Source of the DNA: an uncultured Lachnospiraceae bacterium
GTDB taxonomy: Bacteria; Bacillota; Clostridia; Lachnospirales; Lachnospiraceae
NCBI GenBank assembly: GCA_946611535.1
Contig: CAMODT010000138.1
Span: 2,866-66,865, forward strand
Direction of reading: 5' to 3'
Length of the DNA: 64,000 nucleotides
Under the pieces are notes generated by a model, which worked only from the letters and a program-made list of their open reading frames with translations, was not told the origin of the DNA and searched no databases. This document shows, one piece after another, positions 9,719 to 19,397 of the stretch. The translations under genes were made by a program, and so were the position numbers. Position 1 is the stretch's first letter. Each line of letters begins with the position of its first letter.

Positions 9719-10430
9719 TTACGAGAGCAGGGAATTAAAAAAGAGCCTCGGCAAGATGAGGCCCCTTGAAAAACTGCAGTATTTCTTTTCTTATTATACA
9801 ATCCATTTTCTCCTTGCGGTCCTGGCGGTCGTCATCGTCGTGAGCGTCATCGTCCGCATCGCCACTCAGAAGGAGACGGTCCTCTACATCGCGTTCACAA
9901 ACGCCGCCATCGGATCCGTCCTTGAAAATGAACTGACCGACGCATTTCTTGCCGACGCCGGCTTCGATCCCCGCAAAAAAGAGATAGAGCTCTATAAAGA
10001 GCTCTACATCTCCAATGACCCCGCGCAGGAGAACCATGAATACGCCTACGCCTCGGGTCTTAAAGTCATGGCCTCCATCAACGCGGGCAAGCTGGACCTG
10101 GTCATCATGAACCGGGAGTCCTACGACGTCTTTTCGGGAAACGGCTATCTTGCCGACCTCTCCGCTCTCACGGAAAGCGCCCTCGGCGAGAAGCTCGCCC
10201 CCTATCTGGTGCAGAACGACGTCATCCTCACCGACAATTCTCTCGAGGTGGCTCTCGGCGAGGCCGAAGAGACCGAGATCGTGACCGAGACCGCTTTAAA
10301 TGCCGTGAACGTCACCTCTCTTCCGGTCTTCCGTGAGGCCGGTTTCCAGGCGGACGTCTATCTCGGCGTCATCGCCAACTCCGAGCGCACGGAGACGGCT
10401 GTCCGCTATCTGGAGTATCTGCTCGGGTAA
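9705..10430 (+). CDS. Membrane-anchored hypothetical protein (solute-binding-like C-terminus)
   Basis: K..YF..YY motif plus single TM, then AG.LDL.I and L.DLS segments; overlaps the yesL-like stop. Confidence 0.65.
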   Translation: MAANDYESRELKKSLGKMRPLEKLQYFFSYYTIHFLLAVLAVVIVVSVIVRIATQKETVLYIAFTNAAIGSVLENELTDAFLADAGFDPRKKEIELYKELYISNDPAQENHEYAYASGLKVMASINAGKLDLVIMNRESYDVFSGNGYLADLSALTESALGEKLAPYLVQNDVILTDNSLEVALGEAEETEIVTETALNAVNVTSLPVFREAGFQADVYLGVIANSERTETAVRYLEYLLG

Positions 10431-10498
10431 CGCGCCGTTCATCCGCACCTCTCATCTCACGTCCTTTTGCAGTGTCACCTTTTTTCCTGTCCGCCTGC

Positions 10499-11491
10499 TC
10501 AGGGCCTGAAAGCTCCCTTGATAAACCCGGGCGCCTGCTTCTCCATCAGCTCGCTGACGCGGTCGAAATCCTCGGTATCGTAGACCGTGGTCACGCCGGT
10601 GAACTTCCAGATGCCTTTGCTAAGCAGCTCCATGCAGCGCCTGCACAGGCCTGCTTCGTAGTCGATCCGGCGCTCATGGCAGTTGATGGTGGTGATGGCC
10701 TTGAAGTTCCAGAGCATGTAATCGATGGTGCGCGGCCCGTCATTGTGATAACCGCCGATGCCGAGACGGCCGTGGGCCCTGACCAGGTCCCCTGCCAGCT
10801 GCAGCCCGCTCTCGGTGCCGGAAAACTCCATGACGGTGGGGATGCCCGGCGCGAAGACGTTGGCGTTGTCGCCGCTTCGGGTCAGGTCGGCCTTGCCAAT
10901 GGTCTCAAAATTGGAGTGGTACATCTCGGGGACCTCATCGGGCAGATAGGTCTCCGTGGCGCCGAACTTCTTCGCGAGCTCAAGGCGCTCCGGATGGAAG
11001 TCGATGGCGATGATGTCGCCGTAGCCCATGGCCTTGAAGAGGGAGATCGCGCCGAGTCCCATATAGCCGCAGCCCACCACGGCGATCGTATCGCCAAGAG
11101 TCTCCACGGGCAGTTTCATCGCCGCGCTCAGCAGGCAGGCCAGAGGCTCGGAAATCGCGTCCTCGTCCTTCAGGTTGTCGGGCACATGAGCCATTTTATC
11201 AGGGGTGACCACGATGTACTCCTTGTAAGCGCCGCCGCCGAGACCGGTGACCCGGTCGCCGACCTTGAAGCCGGTCACTTTTTTACCGATCTCCGCCACC
11301 ACACCGACGGACTCGTGGCCCAGCACGTCGCCTTCCTTCGCCGTCTGCCAGGAATAGAGCTCGGAGTGGCACATCCCGGTCAGCGTCACCCTGACCAGCA
11401 TTTCATTATCGCTGATCTTCGGAATGGGGACCTCAATGATCCTGCTCTTGCGCGGTCCCGCCATAACCATCTGTCTCATATTTCCTTCCAT
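10499..11491 (-). CDS. Zinc-binding (MDR family) alcohol dehydrogenase
   Basis: CHSE and GHE catalytic-zinc motifs, EPLAC, Rossmann VVGCGYMG. Confidence 0.85.
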   Translation of the reverse strand: MEGNMRQMVMAGPRKSRIIEVPIPKISDNEMLVRVTLTGMCHSELYSWQTAKEGDVLGHESVGVVAEIGKKVTGFKVGDRVTGLGGGAYKEYIVVTPDKMAHVPDNLKDEDAISEPLACLLSAAMKLPVETLGDTIAVVGCGYMGLGAISLFKAMGYGDIIAIDFHPERLELAKKFGATETYLPDEVPEMYHSNFETIGKADLTRSGDNANVFAPGIPTVMEFSGTESGLQLAGDLVRAHGRLGIGGYHNDGPRTIDYMLWNFKAITTINCHERRIDYEAGLCRRCMELLSKGIWKFTGVTTVYDTEDFDRVSELMEKQAPGFIKGAFRP

Positions 11492-11639
11492 GATGAAAAC
11501 GCTCCTTTCAATCTTGCTTTGATAAGCAGATTATACCCTGATCAAGGACAAATCGTTATCACGGAAACGGCAACAATCTGGACAAAAACGCTGTTTTCCG
11601 GTATACTGTGGTCATATCAGAAAAAGGAGGCTGAGTGCC

Positions 11640-12404
11640 ATGTCGCTTCTTTCCATCGGATTTTCCCCGTCTGTATTTACGGATTGTCCGCTCCATAACC
11701 ATGACTGCTATGAAATCATTTTAAATAAAGAAGGTACTGGAACGGCGGAGATCGGCGGACGGAAGGTTCCATTTTCTCCCGGAACGATCCATGTGATCCC
11801 GCCGAACACCCCGCACAGAAAACGCGCCGAGAAGGGCTTCCGGGATCTTTATCTTCACACTGACTCTCTCCGGCCTTCCGGGGCTCCGTCACTTCTCCCG
11901 TCCTCTTCCTCCGAACCGCTTTTTCTCTCCGACGACGCCGGCCGGACCATGGAGGGGCTCTTTACCATCCTTCTCGGCCGGAGTTCGCTCAGTCGGGGGA
12001 GCGATGTGATCAGCATGAGTCTCTTCGATATCGTGCTTCGCCTGATCGCCGAGTGGTCGCAGGCGGAGCCGTCCGACCCGGTTGTGAGCGATGTGATCCG
12101 CAGGATCTCCGAATCCTACAGCGACCCGGAATTCGAGGTCACGGACGCCCTGCTTGCCACGGGCTACAGCAAGGATCATCTGCGCAGACGATTCGAGCAG
12201 GTCACCGGCATGACGCCGGGCAGGTATCTGCGTTCCGTCCGGATCAACCACGCCAGGCAGCTTCTTAAGCGGCAGGACCTGCTGCACCTCTCAATCGGGG
12301 AGGTCGCGCTCATGTGCGGGTTCTACGACCCCTCCTACTTCTGCCGCGTTTTCCGCAGCGAGACGGGCGTATCACCGTCCGCGTTCATGAAAGATGCGCA
12401 GTGA
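11640..12404 (+). CDS. AraC family transcriptional regulator
   Basis: N-terminal cupin (H.HDCYEI), C-terminal double HTH (IGEVALMCGF.DPSYFCRVFR). Confidence 0.88.
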   Translation: MSLLSIGFSPSVFTDCPLHNHDCYEIILNKEGTGTAEIGGRKVPFSPGTIHVIPPNTPHRKRAEKGFRDLYLHTDSLRPSGAPSLLPSSSSEPLFLSDDAGRTMEGLFTILLGRSSLSRGSDVISMSLFDIVLRLIAEWSQAEPSDPVVSDVIRRISESYSDPEFEVTDALLATGYSKDHLRRRFEQVTGMTPGRYLRSVRINHARQLLKRQDLLHLSIGEVALMCGFYDPSYFCRVFRSETGVSPSAFMKDAQ

Positions 12405-12622
12405 GCGGCCACGCAGGGCATAATAAGGCAGTAAACAGATCCGTTTGAGGCCCGAACCAAATGCTTCAATGCCTTTGAAAAGATACGGGGTATGTGCGAT
12501 GGTTTCATTTCGCAAATAGGAATGAATATGACGATGGCTTCACGCAAAGCATCAACCGGAATCTCGGGAATCTCGTTTCGGTGGATTCCGTCACCCGTCA
12601 GCTCCACACGCCAGCGAATGTG

Positions 12623-12805
12623 CATAGCCCTAAGGCCCCGCTCGATCGTGTAGCGCCCGGTCTCGAAATTTCCCACATCCGCAAGCGCCATGTAGCACTC
12701 CGGGACCAGCCAGTTTCCGAGGTTGACGCCCCGGATCTGAAACGTCCTGCCGCTGCCGTCAAGGAGCCTTTTTCCGTCTGCTCTGATAATTCCCCGATTC
12801 TGCAT
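12623..12805 (-). pseudogene. N-terminal fragment of a GH5-type glycoside hydrolase
   Basis: G..LLDG.G..FQIRGVNLGNWLVPE motif; similarity stops after ~60 aa. Confidence 0.6.
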
Positions 12806-12991
12806 TGCGTTTCTCCCTCAGCAGCCTTTCCTGCCACTCTTGTGGTCCGCGATCGAGCAGGCGCCCTGTGTCCCGAACTCGACAAGACCCACATACTCCT
12901 GCTTCAAATATACTATACACATGTGGCTGACATTCATTAATTTTTTCAAAAGTGGCTTATTTTAATGCAGGCTCATTCAAAACCCACTGTG

Positions 12992-13267
12992 TTAATTCAG
13001 TGTCAGCAGGGGATTTGTCAGCAGGCTCTTAATTATATCCCTGTAGACATCTCCCCCTTTTATCTCGGTAATTGTTGTTATTTTCTTCCCGGCATCCTTG
13101 CTGCTGGCTCCGCAATGGTATACCTTCATGGTCTTTGTTCCATAATCAAGCACAATATATCTGTCGTGGACTTTGTTTACAGACTCCCACTTTGAGACCG
13201 CCTTATTCGAGATCCCGAACTTCCCGGCGAGCGAAGTCTGCGTCAGCCCTTTTTCCCGGAGATACAC
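12992..13267 (-). pseudogene. XRE-type HTH fragment fused to an unrelated coding tail
   Basis: LREKGLTQ..LA.KFGISNKAVSKWE is the first part of an XRE HTH; it then switches abruptly to AT-rich sequence; no SD site. Confidence 0.5.
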
Positions 13268-13278
13268 CTGAAGCCCGG

Positions 13279-13303
13279 CAAAAAGAGCCGCTTTTCGCGG
13301 CTC
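13279..13303 (-). terminator. Rho-independent terminator of the DUF2975/HTH pair
   Basis: GAGCCGC stem followed by a T-run on the minus strand. Confidence 0.65.
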
Positions 13304-13317
13304 TCATTAACCTTATG

Positions 13318-13530
13318 TCATTCTTCCGGGCTGTATTCCAGAATATCTCCCGGCTGGCAGTTAAGCGCCTCGCAGATTGCCACCAGAGTGGAAAATCTGA
13401 TCGCACTCACCTTGCCGGTCTTAAGTTTGGAGAGATTCACATTTGAAACTCCCACACGTTCTGACAGCTCATTCAGACTCATTTTTCGGTCCGCCATAAC
13501 CCGGTCGAGCCGCAATACTATTTTTCCCAT
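13318..13530 (-). CDS. YozG-like Cro/C1 HTH transcriptional regulator
   Basis: I.LRLDRVMADRKMSLNEL...NLSKLKTGK..AIRFSTL.AIC.AL.CQPGDIL. Confidence 0.88.
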   Translation of the reverse strand: MGKIVLRLDRVMADRKMSLNELSERVGVSNVNLSKLKTGKVSAIRFSTLVAICEALNCQPGDILEYSPEE

Positions 13531-13542
13531 ACGTGACCTTCC

Positions 13543-14115
13543 TTATAAAATCTCATCAACTTCGTTCTGAAGAGCCCTGCCGTATTCCAGTATCGAGTAG
13601 ATACACCAGAAAAGAAGAGCCCCCATGACAGCCGGACCGACACCGACAAATACCAGAAGCGCCGCCGTCAGCATGATAAACGCATACTTAAGCTTGCCTA
13701 ATATCCTGTCTGAGAAAGGTGTTGTCTCCCGGCTGAGCTCTTTAAAGATATCTTTAAAAAGACCCAGAGCACATGTGACAATGGCGCAGAGGATGGCTGC
13801 CACGGCACAGCTCATTGCGATCGGCAGTGCATAATTTCCCGCGGCAAAAGCCCTGTCATAGTTTATCAGGAAATCTATATTGCTGCCCCCTATTCTGAGG
13901 TTTTCGACGGTTACCGAACCGGCTTCCACCGCTTTTCCGACATGCTCATCAATCATTCCCCTCTGCGTAATGCAGACAATCGCTCCTACGAGCGCCAGTA
14001 CGATACCGACAATTGTCACAATCTGCAAAACGGAGACCACCCGTGATGATGTCCTGCAGCGGTTTCTGACAGCCTCCAGCTTCCTGCTCTGTTCATTCAT
14101 GATTCTTTCCTCCAT
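13543..14115 (-). CDS. DUF2975 family membrane protein
   Basis: Four TM segments, PFS motif, ends G.ALQ.E.DEIL; canonical partner of YozG-like genes. Confidence 0.75.
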   Translation of the reverse strand: MEERIMNEQSRKLEAVRNRCRTSSRVVSVLQIVTIVGIVLALVGAIVCITQRGMIDEHVGKAVEAGSVTVENLRIGGSNIDFLINYDRAFAAGNYALPIAMSCAVAAILCAIVTCALGLFKDIFKELSRETTPFSDRILGKLKYAFIMLTAALLVFVGVGPAVMGALLFWCIYSILEYGRALQNEVDEIL

Positions 14116-14146
14116 TGGCTTTTAACAGTTTAAATCCTACCTAAAC

Positions 14147-14236
14147 GTTTTTCGTTAACGATTTAATGTTTATCGTTAAGTTAAATATACCAGCCAATGG
14201 ATCGTTTGTCAATAACTTTTTAATGTTTTTCGTTAA
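14147..14236 (-). promoter_or_regulatory. Promoter (TTGACA-N17-TATATT) with three GTTT(T/A)TCGTTAA repeats upstream of the DUF2975 gene
   Basis: Repeats at 14147, 14168 and 14225; -35 at 14207-14212; -10 at 14184-14189. Confidence 0.55.
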
Positions 14237-14279
14237 ATATTTTTCAACGCACAATAAAAGACAGGTCTTACGCCTGTCT

Positions 14280-15578
14280 TTATATATTATCTTTCGAAAG
14301 TATCGCATGGCTAAAGCACAGCACCGAAAACACAACTGTCAGCCCAAGGTAAATCCACATGCCGAGAGGTATCGACATCACATAGTGACTTCCGATGCGC
14401 ACCAGCCGCTCATCGTATAAAAGAGAGTCGTTTATCCTCTGAAGCGGAAGGTACTGCCACAGCTGGGCGAGCGTCCGGTTCCGGTAAAAGATCCCGTAAT
14501 GGATAAAGACCGTCATGAGAAGCGTCGTCATAAGTATCCAGATCGGTACATTGCCGTTGTGCGTAAGCTCTGAGAGGAACATGGTGATTGCCGCGAAAGC
14601 TGTAACGATCAAAATACTTGAAGCACACATGATAAGCATCGCCTGTCCGCCCGTGACCATCAGTCTGCTCCACTGCAGCCCACGGATCTGCTGAACGGGC
14701 GTGTTCCACCCGTCCATCCCGAAAATCAAAAACTGGATACTTATCGTGACCGCAAGCAGGATGACCGAAACCGCCGCCGTGACCAGAATACCTGCCCCTG
14801 TCCTTATCAGCGCGGAATGGACGGGGCCCATTTTTGCGGCCTGTATCAAGGGCCCGGTCCTGTACTTGTGATCCAGCGAGAAGGACTCGCTGAGCATAAG
14901 GATCACAAAGAACAGCGTCATAAGATGCACCCGCCGAATAACCGTAAAAATCTGCCTCAAAGCCGGCGTGTAGGCCAGCTTGAGCGGGAACTCGAGCGTA
15001 TCGTGTCCGTCCCAGAATGCCCTCTCCTCCTCTGAAAGGGCAAGATTCTCATAAAGACCGCTCATCTGATCTTCGAGCAGCGTCTCGATTTTCATTTCCG
15101 ACAGGTCTTCCCGAAACGGATTGAGCCCCAGATTCATGATGCTCTTCCATACCCAGTAATAATTCTGGTAATTCCATCCGTCGATGCGCCCTTCGTTTGA
15201 AGAGCCGTATTTCTTAAAAAACCTTTCTGCCTCTCGAAGCACGCTGTCGTCAAGGGCTCGTCCCGACCATTTTTCGGCAAATTCTCTCTGTATCCGGATA
15301 TACGTAAGGGGTGAGACCCGCTTCTCCACGATGTTTCCGTCGTCATCAACCCATCGGACAGGCACACCGCGGAAAAATGCGCTCCAGTCATTATTCCGTT
15401 CACCGTCTTCGGTCATCACCACCGTGTTTTCGCCCTCCGTCCCGATCGAGTAGAGCGGAATGGACCAGAGGTTAAAAAGGATCGTCAGCCCCAGCATCAT
15501 GAAAAATGCAAACCACACCATTTTTCTGTCCGTGATCTTCTTTATCTCATATGCCAGAATTCGAACCGTATGCTTCAT
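14280..15578 (-). CDS. ABC transporter permease (ABC-2 type) with extracellular loop
   Basis: N-terminal TM, large loop, five further TM segments; translationally coupled to the ABC ATPase. Confidence 0.75.
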   Translation of the reverse strand: MKHTVRILAYEIKKITDRKMVWFAFFMMLGLTILFNLWSIPLYSIGTEGENTVVMTEDGERNNDWSAFFRGVPVRWVDDDGNIVEKRVSPLTYIRIQREFAEKWSGRALDDSVLREAERFFKKYGSSNEGRIDGWNYQNYYWVWKSIMNLGLNPFREDLSEMKIETLLEDQMSGLYENLALSEEERAFWDGHDTLEFPLKLAYTPALRQIFTVIRRVHLMTLFFVILMLSESFSLDHKYRTGPLIQAAKMGPVHSALIRTGAGILVTAAVSVILLAVTISIQFLIFGMDGWNTPVQQIRGLQWSRLMVTGGQAMLIMCASSILIVTAFAAITMFLSELTHNGNVPIWILMTTLLMTVFIHYGIFYRNRTLAQLWQYLPLQRINDSLLYDERLVRIGSHYVMSIPLGMWIYLGLTVVFSVLCFSHAILSKDNI

Positions 15579-16282
15579 CTGACCTCCCCGGCGGAGTCGA
15601 TCATTTTCAGATAAAAATCCTCGAGGCTCCCTTCCGCTTCACTCCGCCTGCCCTGCCACAGGATCTGTCCGGATTTCATAATGATCACCGTATCTGCGAT
15701 CTGCTCGATGTCGGAGACGATATGCGTCGAGAGCAGCACGATATTCTCCCTGCCGATCTCCTCGATCAGATTTCTGAACCGCACCCGCTCCTTCGGATCG
15801 AGTCCCGCCGTCGGCTCATCCAGGATCAGCACCTCCGGACGGTTGATGAGCACCTGCGCGATCCCCAGCCTCTGCTTCATGCCCCCGGAGTAGGTCTTTA
15901 TCTTTTTACCCGCCATATCGGACAAGCCGACGATTTCCAGGAGTTCCGCGGTTCGCGCCTTCGCGTCATGGTTGGTAAGCCCCTTAAGAGCGGAAAAATA
16001 CATAAGAAAATCCCTGCCCGAAAACTCCGGGTAATATCCGAAATCCTGCGGGAGATACCCCAGTACCTCCCTGTAGCTTTCCTCTGTTACCGACACACCG
16101 TTATAGGTGATATCTCCGCCGGTCGGCGTAAGGATGCCGCAGATCATCCGCATGAGCGTCGTTTTTCCCGCTCCGTTGGCCCCGAGCAGGCCCGTCACGC
16201 CTTTTCCCAACGAAAATGTCAGCCGGTCAACAGCTATCTTGTTCTTATACTGCTTTGTCAGGCGATCCACCTTCAGTTCCAC
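15575..16282 (-). CDS. ABC transporter ATP-binding protein
   Basis: Walker A GANGAGKT, signature YSGGMKQR, Walker B LILDEPT, H-loop STHI; GTG start at 16282 with SD. Confidence 0.92.
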   Translation of the reverse strand: MELKVDRLTKQYKNKIAVDRLTFSLGKGVTGLLGANGAGKTTLMRMICGILTPTGGDITYNGVSVTEESYREVLGYLPQDFGYYPEFSGRDFLMYFSALKGLTNHDAKARTAELLEIVGLSDMAGKKIKTYSGGMKQRLGIAQVLINRPEVLILDEPTAGLDPKERVRFRNLIEEIGRENIVLLSTHIVSDIEQIADTVIIMKSGQILWQGRRSEAEGSLEDFYLKMIDSAGEVR

Positions 16283-16986
16283 GCGTATTCCTCCCACCTG
16301 AATGTTTTTCTTATCTCCGCGTATTCTATGACGATCAGGACGGCGGCGGCCGCATACCAGACCCACTGCCAGCCCTCCGGGAGCTGCCATCCCTCAACCT
16401 GTATCAGAAGCATCACGCCCGAGACGGCGGCCGACACCGCAATCGCGCTCAGAGCATTTCTCCTTCCGAGAGCGGTCCTTTCCAGTTCCATGCAGAGAGC
16501 TGAAGAGATCAGGTAAGGTGTTGTCAGCATCGCCCCCGTCATCATGTACCCGTAACCGCTCTGCCGGCCTGCGATAACCGCCAGGACCAGCAGCAGCGCG
16601 ATATGCACGATGCCTATTGAGACAAATCTGGCAAACAGCACCCCTCTCTCGGAGACATACGTGACGCTCTCAAGCTCCGTCATCCCGTACCGCCCGGACC
16701 TCGCAGAGTCGAAAACAGCTATTCCCGATACAAACGGCATGATGGCAGAGACGGCAGCGATCACCTCCCTGTCTTTATATAATCCCCAGACCGCCACGAT
16801 GAGCACCGCAAGAGAAAGCAGCCAGACCGGCATTCGAATATACCCCATCTGACTTCTTATGATGTCAAATGTACCGCCCCGGCCTCCCCGGCACTGTTTT
16901 CTGTATGCCCTGACGAACCTGTCCTTTTTCCGGTGGTCAGGCACAGGGGCAGCGCTTAAGAGCTGCATTTTTATTTCTCTATTCAT
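16273..16986 (-). CDS. Membrane protein downstream of ECF sigma (possible anti-sigma)
   Basis: About six hydrophobic segments, M.ELES.T motif; coupled to the sigma gene. Confidence 0.6.
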   Translation of the reverse strand: MNREIKMQLLSAAPVPDHRKKDRFVRAYRKQCRGGRGGTFDIIRSQMGYIRMPVWLLSLAVLIVAVWGLYKDREVIAAVSAIMPFVSGIAVFDSARSGRYGMTELESVTYVSERGVLFARFVSIGIVHIALLLVLAVIAGRQSGYGYMMTGAMLTTPYLISSALCMELERTALGRRNALSAIAVSAAVSGVMLLIQVEGWQLPEGWQWVWYAAAAVLIVIEYAEIRKTFRWEEYAWN

Positions 16987-17434
16987 GCGTCCCGCCTCCT
17001 TCCATCAGTCTCATAAATTCCTTTTTGACGCGGTTCAGCTTCCGGTACAGGGCAAACCGTGAAAGACCGGTGATTCTTGAGATGTCTCGCAGCGATTCCT
17101 CATTCATATACCGCAGGATCAGGAGCTCCCTGTCCTCTTCCGACATCCTGCCGAGTGCGAGGTTCACCTGCGCTTTTTCAGCGGCCTTTTCCGCCTCCAG
17201 CCCGTCATCCGAGACATCATCCGGGAGCTCTTCCGCCCTTTCGCGTCTCATTTCCTCTGTACACAGGTTTCTGGCGATCGTGTACAGGTATCGGATCCTC
17301 TCGCCGCGCTCTTCATAGGGGCTTTTCAGGAAGCGGAGAAATGTCTCCTGCGTCAGATCCTCGGCAGTCTCTTTATTTTTCACCCTGTAATAGCAGAAGC
17401 GGTATATTTTGTCGTACTGTTCTTCGATATCCAT
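16979..17434 (-). CDS. ECF RNA polymerase sigma factor
   Basis: Y.KIYRFCYYRV...AEDLTQETFLRF (region 2); L..RY....S..DI..ITG (region 4). Confidence 0.88.
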   Translation of the reverse strand: MDIEEQYDKIYRFCYYRVKNKETAEDLTQETFLRFLKSPYEERGERIRYLYTIARNLCTEEMRRERAEELPDDVSDDGLEAEKAAEKAQVNLALGRMSEEDRELLILRYMNEESLRDISRITGLSRFALYRKLNRVKKEFMRLMEGGGTHE

Positions 17435-17523
17435 GGCGCGACTGTTATACCTCCCTCTATACTGTATAATGGATTTTAGCATCAAAAGGTGCGGGTTAAT
17501 CAAATTTTTGTTTTCAACTGACA

Positions 17524-17566
17524 CATAAAAAAGCAGACAAGCTGATTGCCTGTCTGTCTTCCTATG
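17524..17566. repeat. Degenerate direct copy of the tRNA-Ala 3' flank/terminator (other copy 18521-18563)
   Basis: CATAAAAAAGCAGACAAGC-TGAT-TGCCTGTCTGTCTTCCTATG versus CATAAAAAAAACAGACAGGC-AAAA-TGCCTGTCTGCTTCTTATG. Confidence 0.6.
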
Positions 17567-18520
17567 AACGAATAACTGTCCATTTGTATAGAGAAGAACC
17601 ATTCTCAGAAGAAAATCGTCTCATTTATCGTCTCAATTCGTCTCACGATTTGGTTTTTGATATCTCGTGGACCTACCTGCACCTATCATTGTTAATAGAC
17701 CTGCGTCACACATTTTTTTGAGCAAACGAGCCACGGTTGGCTTCGGCTTTGCGCGTGTCTCTTCATCTGCCATACATTACACCCTTTCAAATTGTCGCGA
17801 CATGTCGCAACTATTCATTTCAAAGCGTAAAGCGGTGCTTTTCAACAAAAATTATATTCGTTTTAGCAAAGTTAATCAATGAAGAAAATAGTTCAGCGTT
17901 CAAAAATACCAGTAAAAGACTATTGGCTATATAGCAGCACGCTATGCAAATCTGCCAGAGCCGCACCTGTTATACGATCCTGACTGATCGTAAAGACAAA
18001 AATCATCTTTTCGGTAAGCTCAACCACCTGATTTGCTCTGAACCATGCATTGATTCCTGCTTCCCGAACCACGAACAGCAATCTTTTAACCGAGCGGCAG
18101 CGCCTTCTTGCCTTCTTGTCTCCTTCGCTGCTGCCTCCAGCCGCTACTCGTTCTGCTCCCTCCCTTCCCGCTTAAAGCAACTCTCACCTGCCTGGACTCT
18201 AATTATTTCTGCCTCTCACTTTGCAGACCTGCTATCTCCTTTCGGATAAAGTAAAATCTGCCTGTCCAAAAGGCTCCCTACGAACACTTTCTCTTTAATT
18301 TCATCCCTTCAGCCCCGGATTAAAGTAAATTCGGAGCCGTTTACCACTCAAAAGTCGCCATTCAAACTTTATTTTAGCTCCCTGGACCTCACTTTAAAGT
18401 AAACAACTCATTTGAGGTCGATAAAAAGTCATTTTCTGACTTTGCAGGGCACTCAATTCTCTGTCTGCACAGCAATCGAGCCCTAAGACCCTCCGCAAAG
18501 CCCGAAATACTCTCCGCACG

Positions 18521-18556
18521 CATAAAAAAAACAGACAGGCAAAATGCCTGTCTGCT
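18521..18556 (-). terminator. tRNA terminator
   Basis: CAGACAGGC / GCCTGTCTG stem followed by a T-run on the minus strand. Confidence 0.75.
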
Positions 18557-18561
18557 TCTTA

Positions 18562-18634
<73 letters not shown>

Positions 18635-18683
18635 AAACGAAAGGTATTATAGCATACCTTTCTTAACTTGAAAAGCCCTTTTT

Positions 18684-19262
18684 TCAATTTTTTGCAAATC
18701 CGCCGAGCGCCTTTTCCACTCTTCTCCCGATCACAAGCGCAACCGCCAGCTTCGCAAGATCCGGAATGATGAACGGGATCACGCACCAGGCCAGCGCATC
18801 CGAGACCGTGACCGCCCCCTTCGTGGAGCTGTAGACGATGATGAACCAGACCGTCCCGAAAACGAACACCACGACGTCGCCCAGGAAGAGCCCGAGCGCC
18901 TCCGGAATCATCTTCTTCCCGAGCATGCGCGTCATGAGCCCATAGAGAAGCGGAACCGCCGCTGCCCCGATAAGGTACCCGCCGGTCGTCCCGAAGAGGA
19001 CGCCGATGCCGCCCTTCATGCCCGAGAACACCGGGATCCCGACCGCGCCGAGGAGTAGGTAAAGAAGGATCGCGAAGAGTCCGTCCTGCCACCCCAGGAC
19101 CACCGTCACGAGGAAGAACCCGAAGGTCTGCACCGTGAAGGGGATTGCTCCCAGCGGGACCGTGATCCATGCGCAGATCGCGATGATGACCGCCGAGACC
19201 GCGATCTGGGCCATTCTCACGGTGCTCATAGTGCTTTTTTTCATTTTCTCTGTATTTTCCAT
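18684..19262 (-). CDS. bioY: Biotin ECF transporter S component BioY
   Basis: PFT.QT, G.PVFSG..GG, G.TGGYL.G and PFI.PD..K motifs; divergent from birA. Confidence 0.92.
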   Translation of the reverse strand: MENTEKMKKSTMSTVRMAQIAVSAVIIAICAWITVPLGAIPFTVQTFGFFLVTVVLGWQDGLFAILLYLLLGAVGIPVFSGMKGGIGVLFGTTGGYLIGAAAVPLLYGLMTRMLGKKMIPEALGLFLGDVVVFVFGTVWFIIVYSSTKGAVTVSDALAWCVIPFIIPDLAKLAVALVIGRRVEKALGGFAKN

Positions 19263-19302
19263 GGTCGTACCTTTCCTTTTTGAGCCCCCTGTGCTAGAAT
19301 CA

Positions 19303-19396
19303 ATTGTAAATTTCAAGGCTCAGTATTCTTTACAATCAGGCAGTCTAACAGACATCCGCCCGATTGTCAAGTTAAAATCGCAAAGGACTTTACAAT
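19303..19396. promoter_or_regulatory. Two tandem BirA-type operators ATTGT(A/C)AA-N18-TTTACAAT
   Basis: 19303-19336 and 19363-19396 have identical spacing and resemble the TGTwAA-N(16-18)-TTwACA BirA box. Confidence 0.8.
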
Positions 19397-19397
19397 C

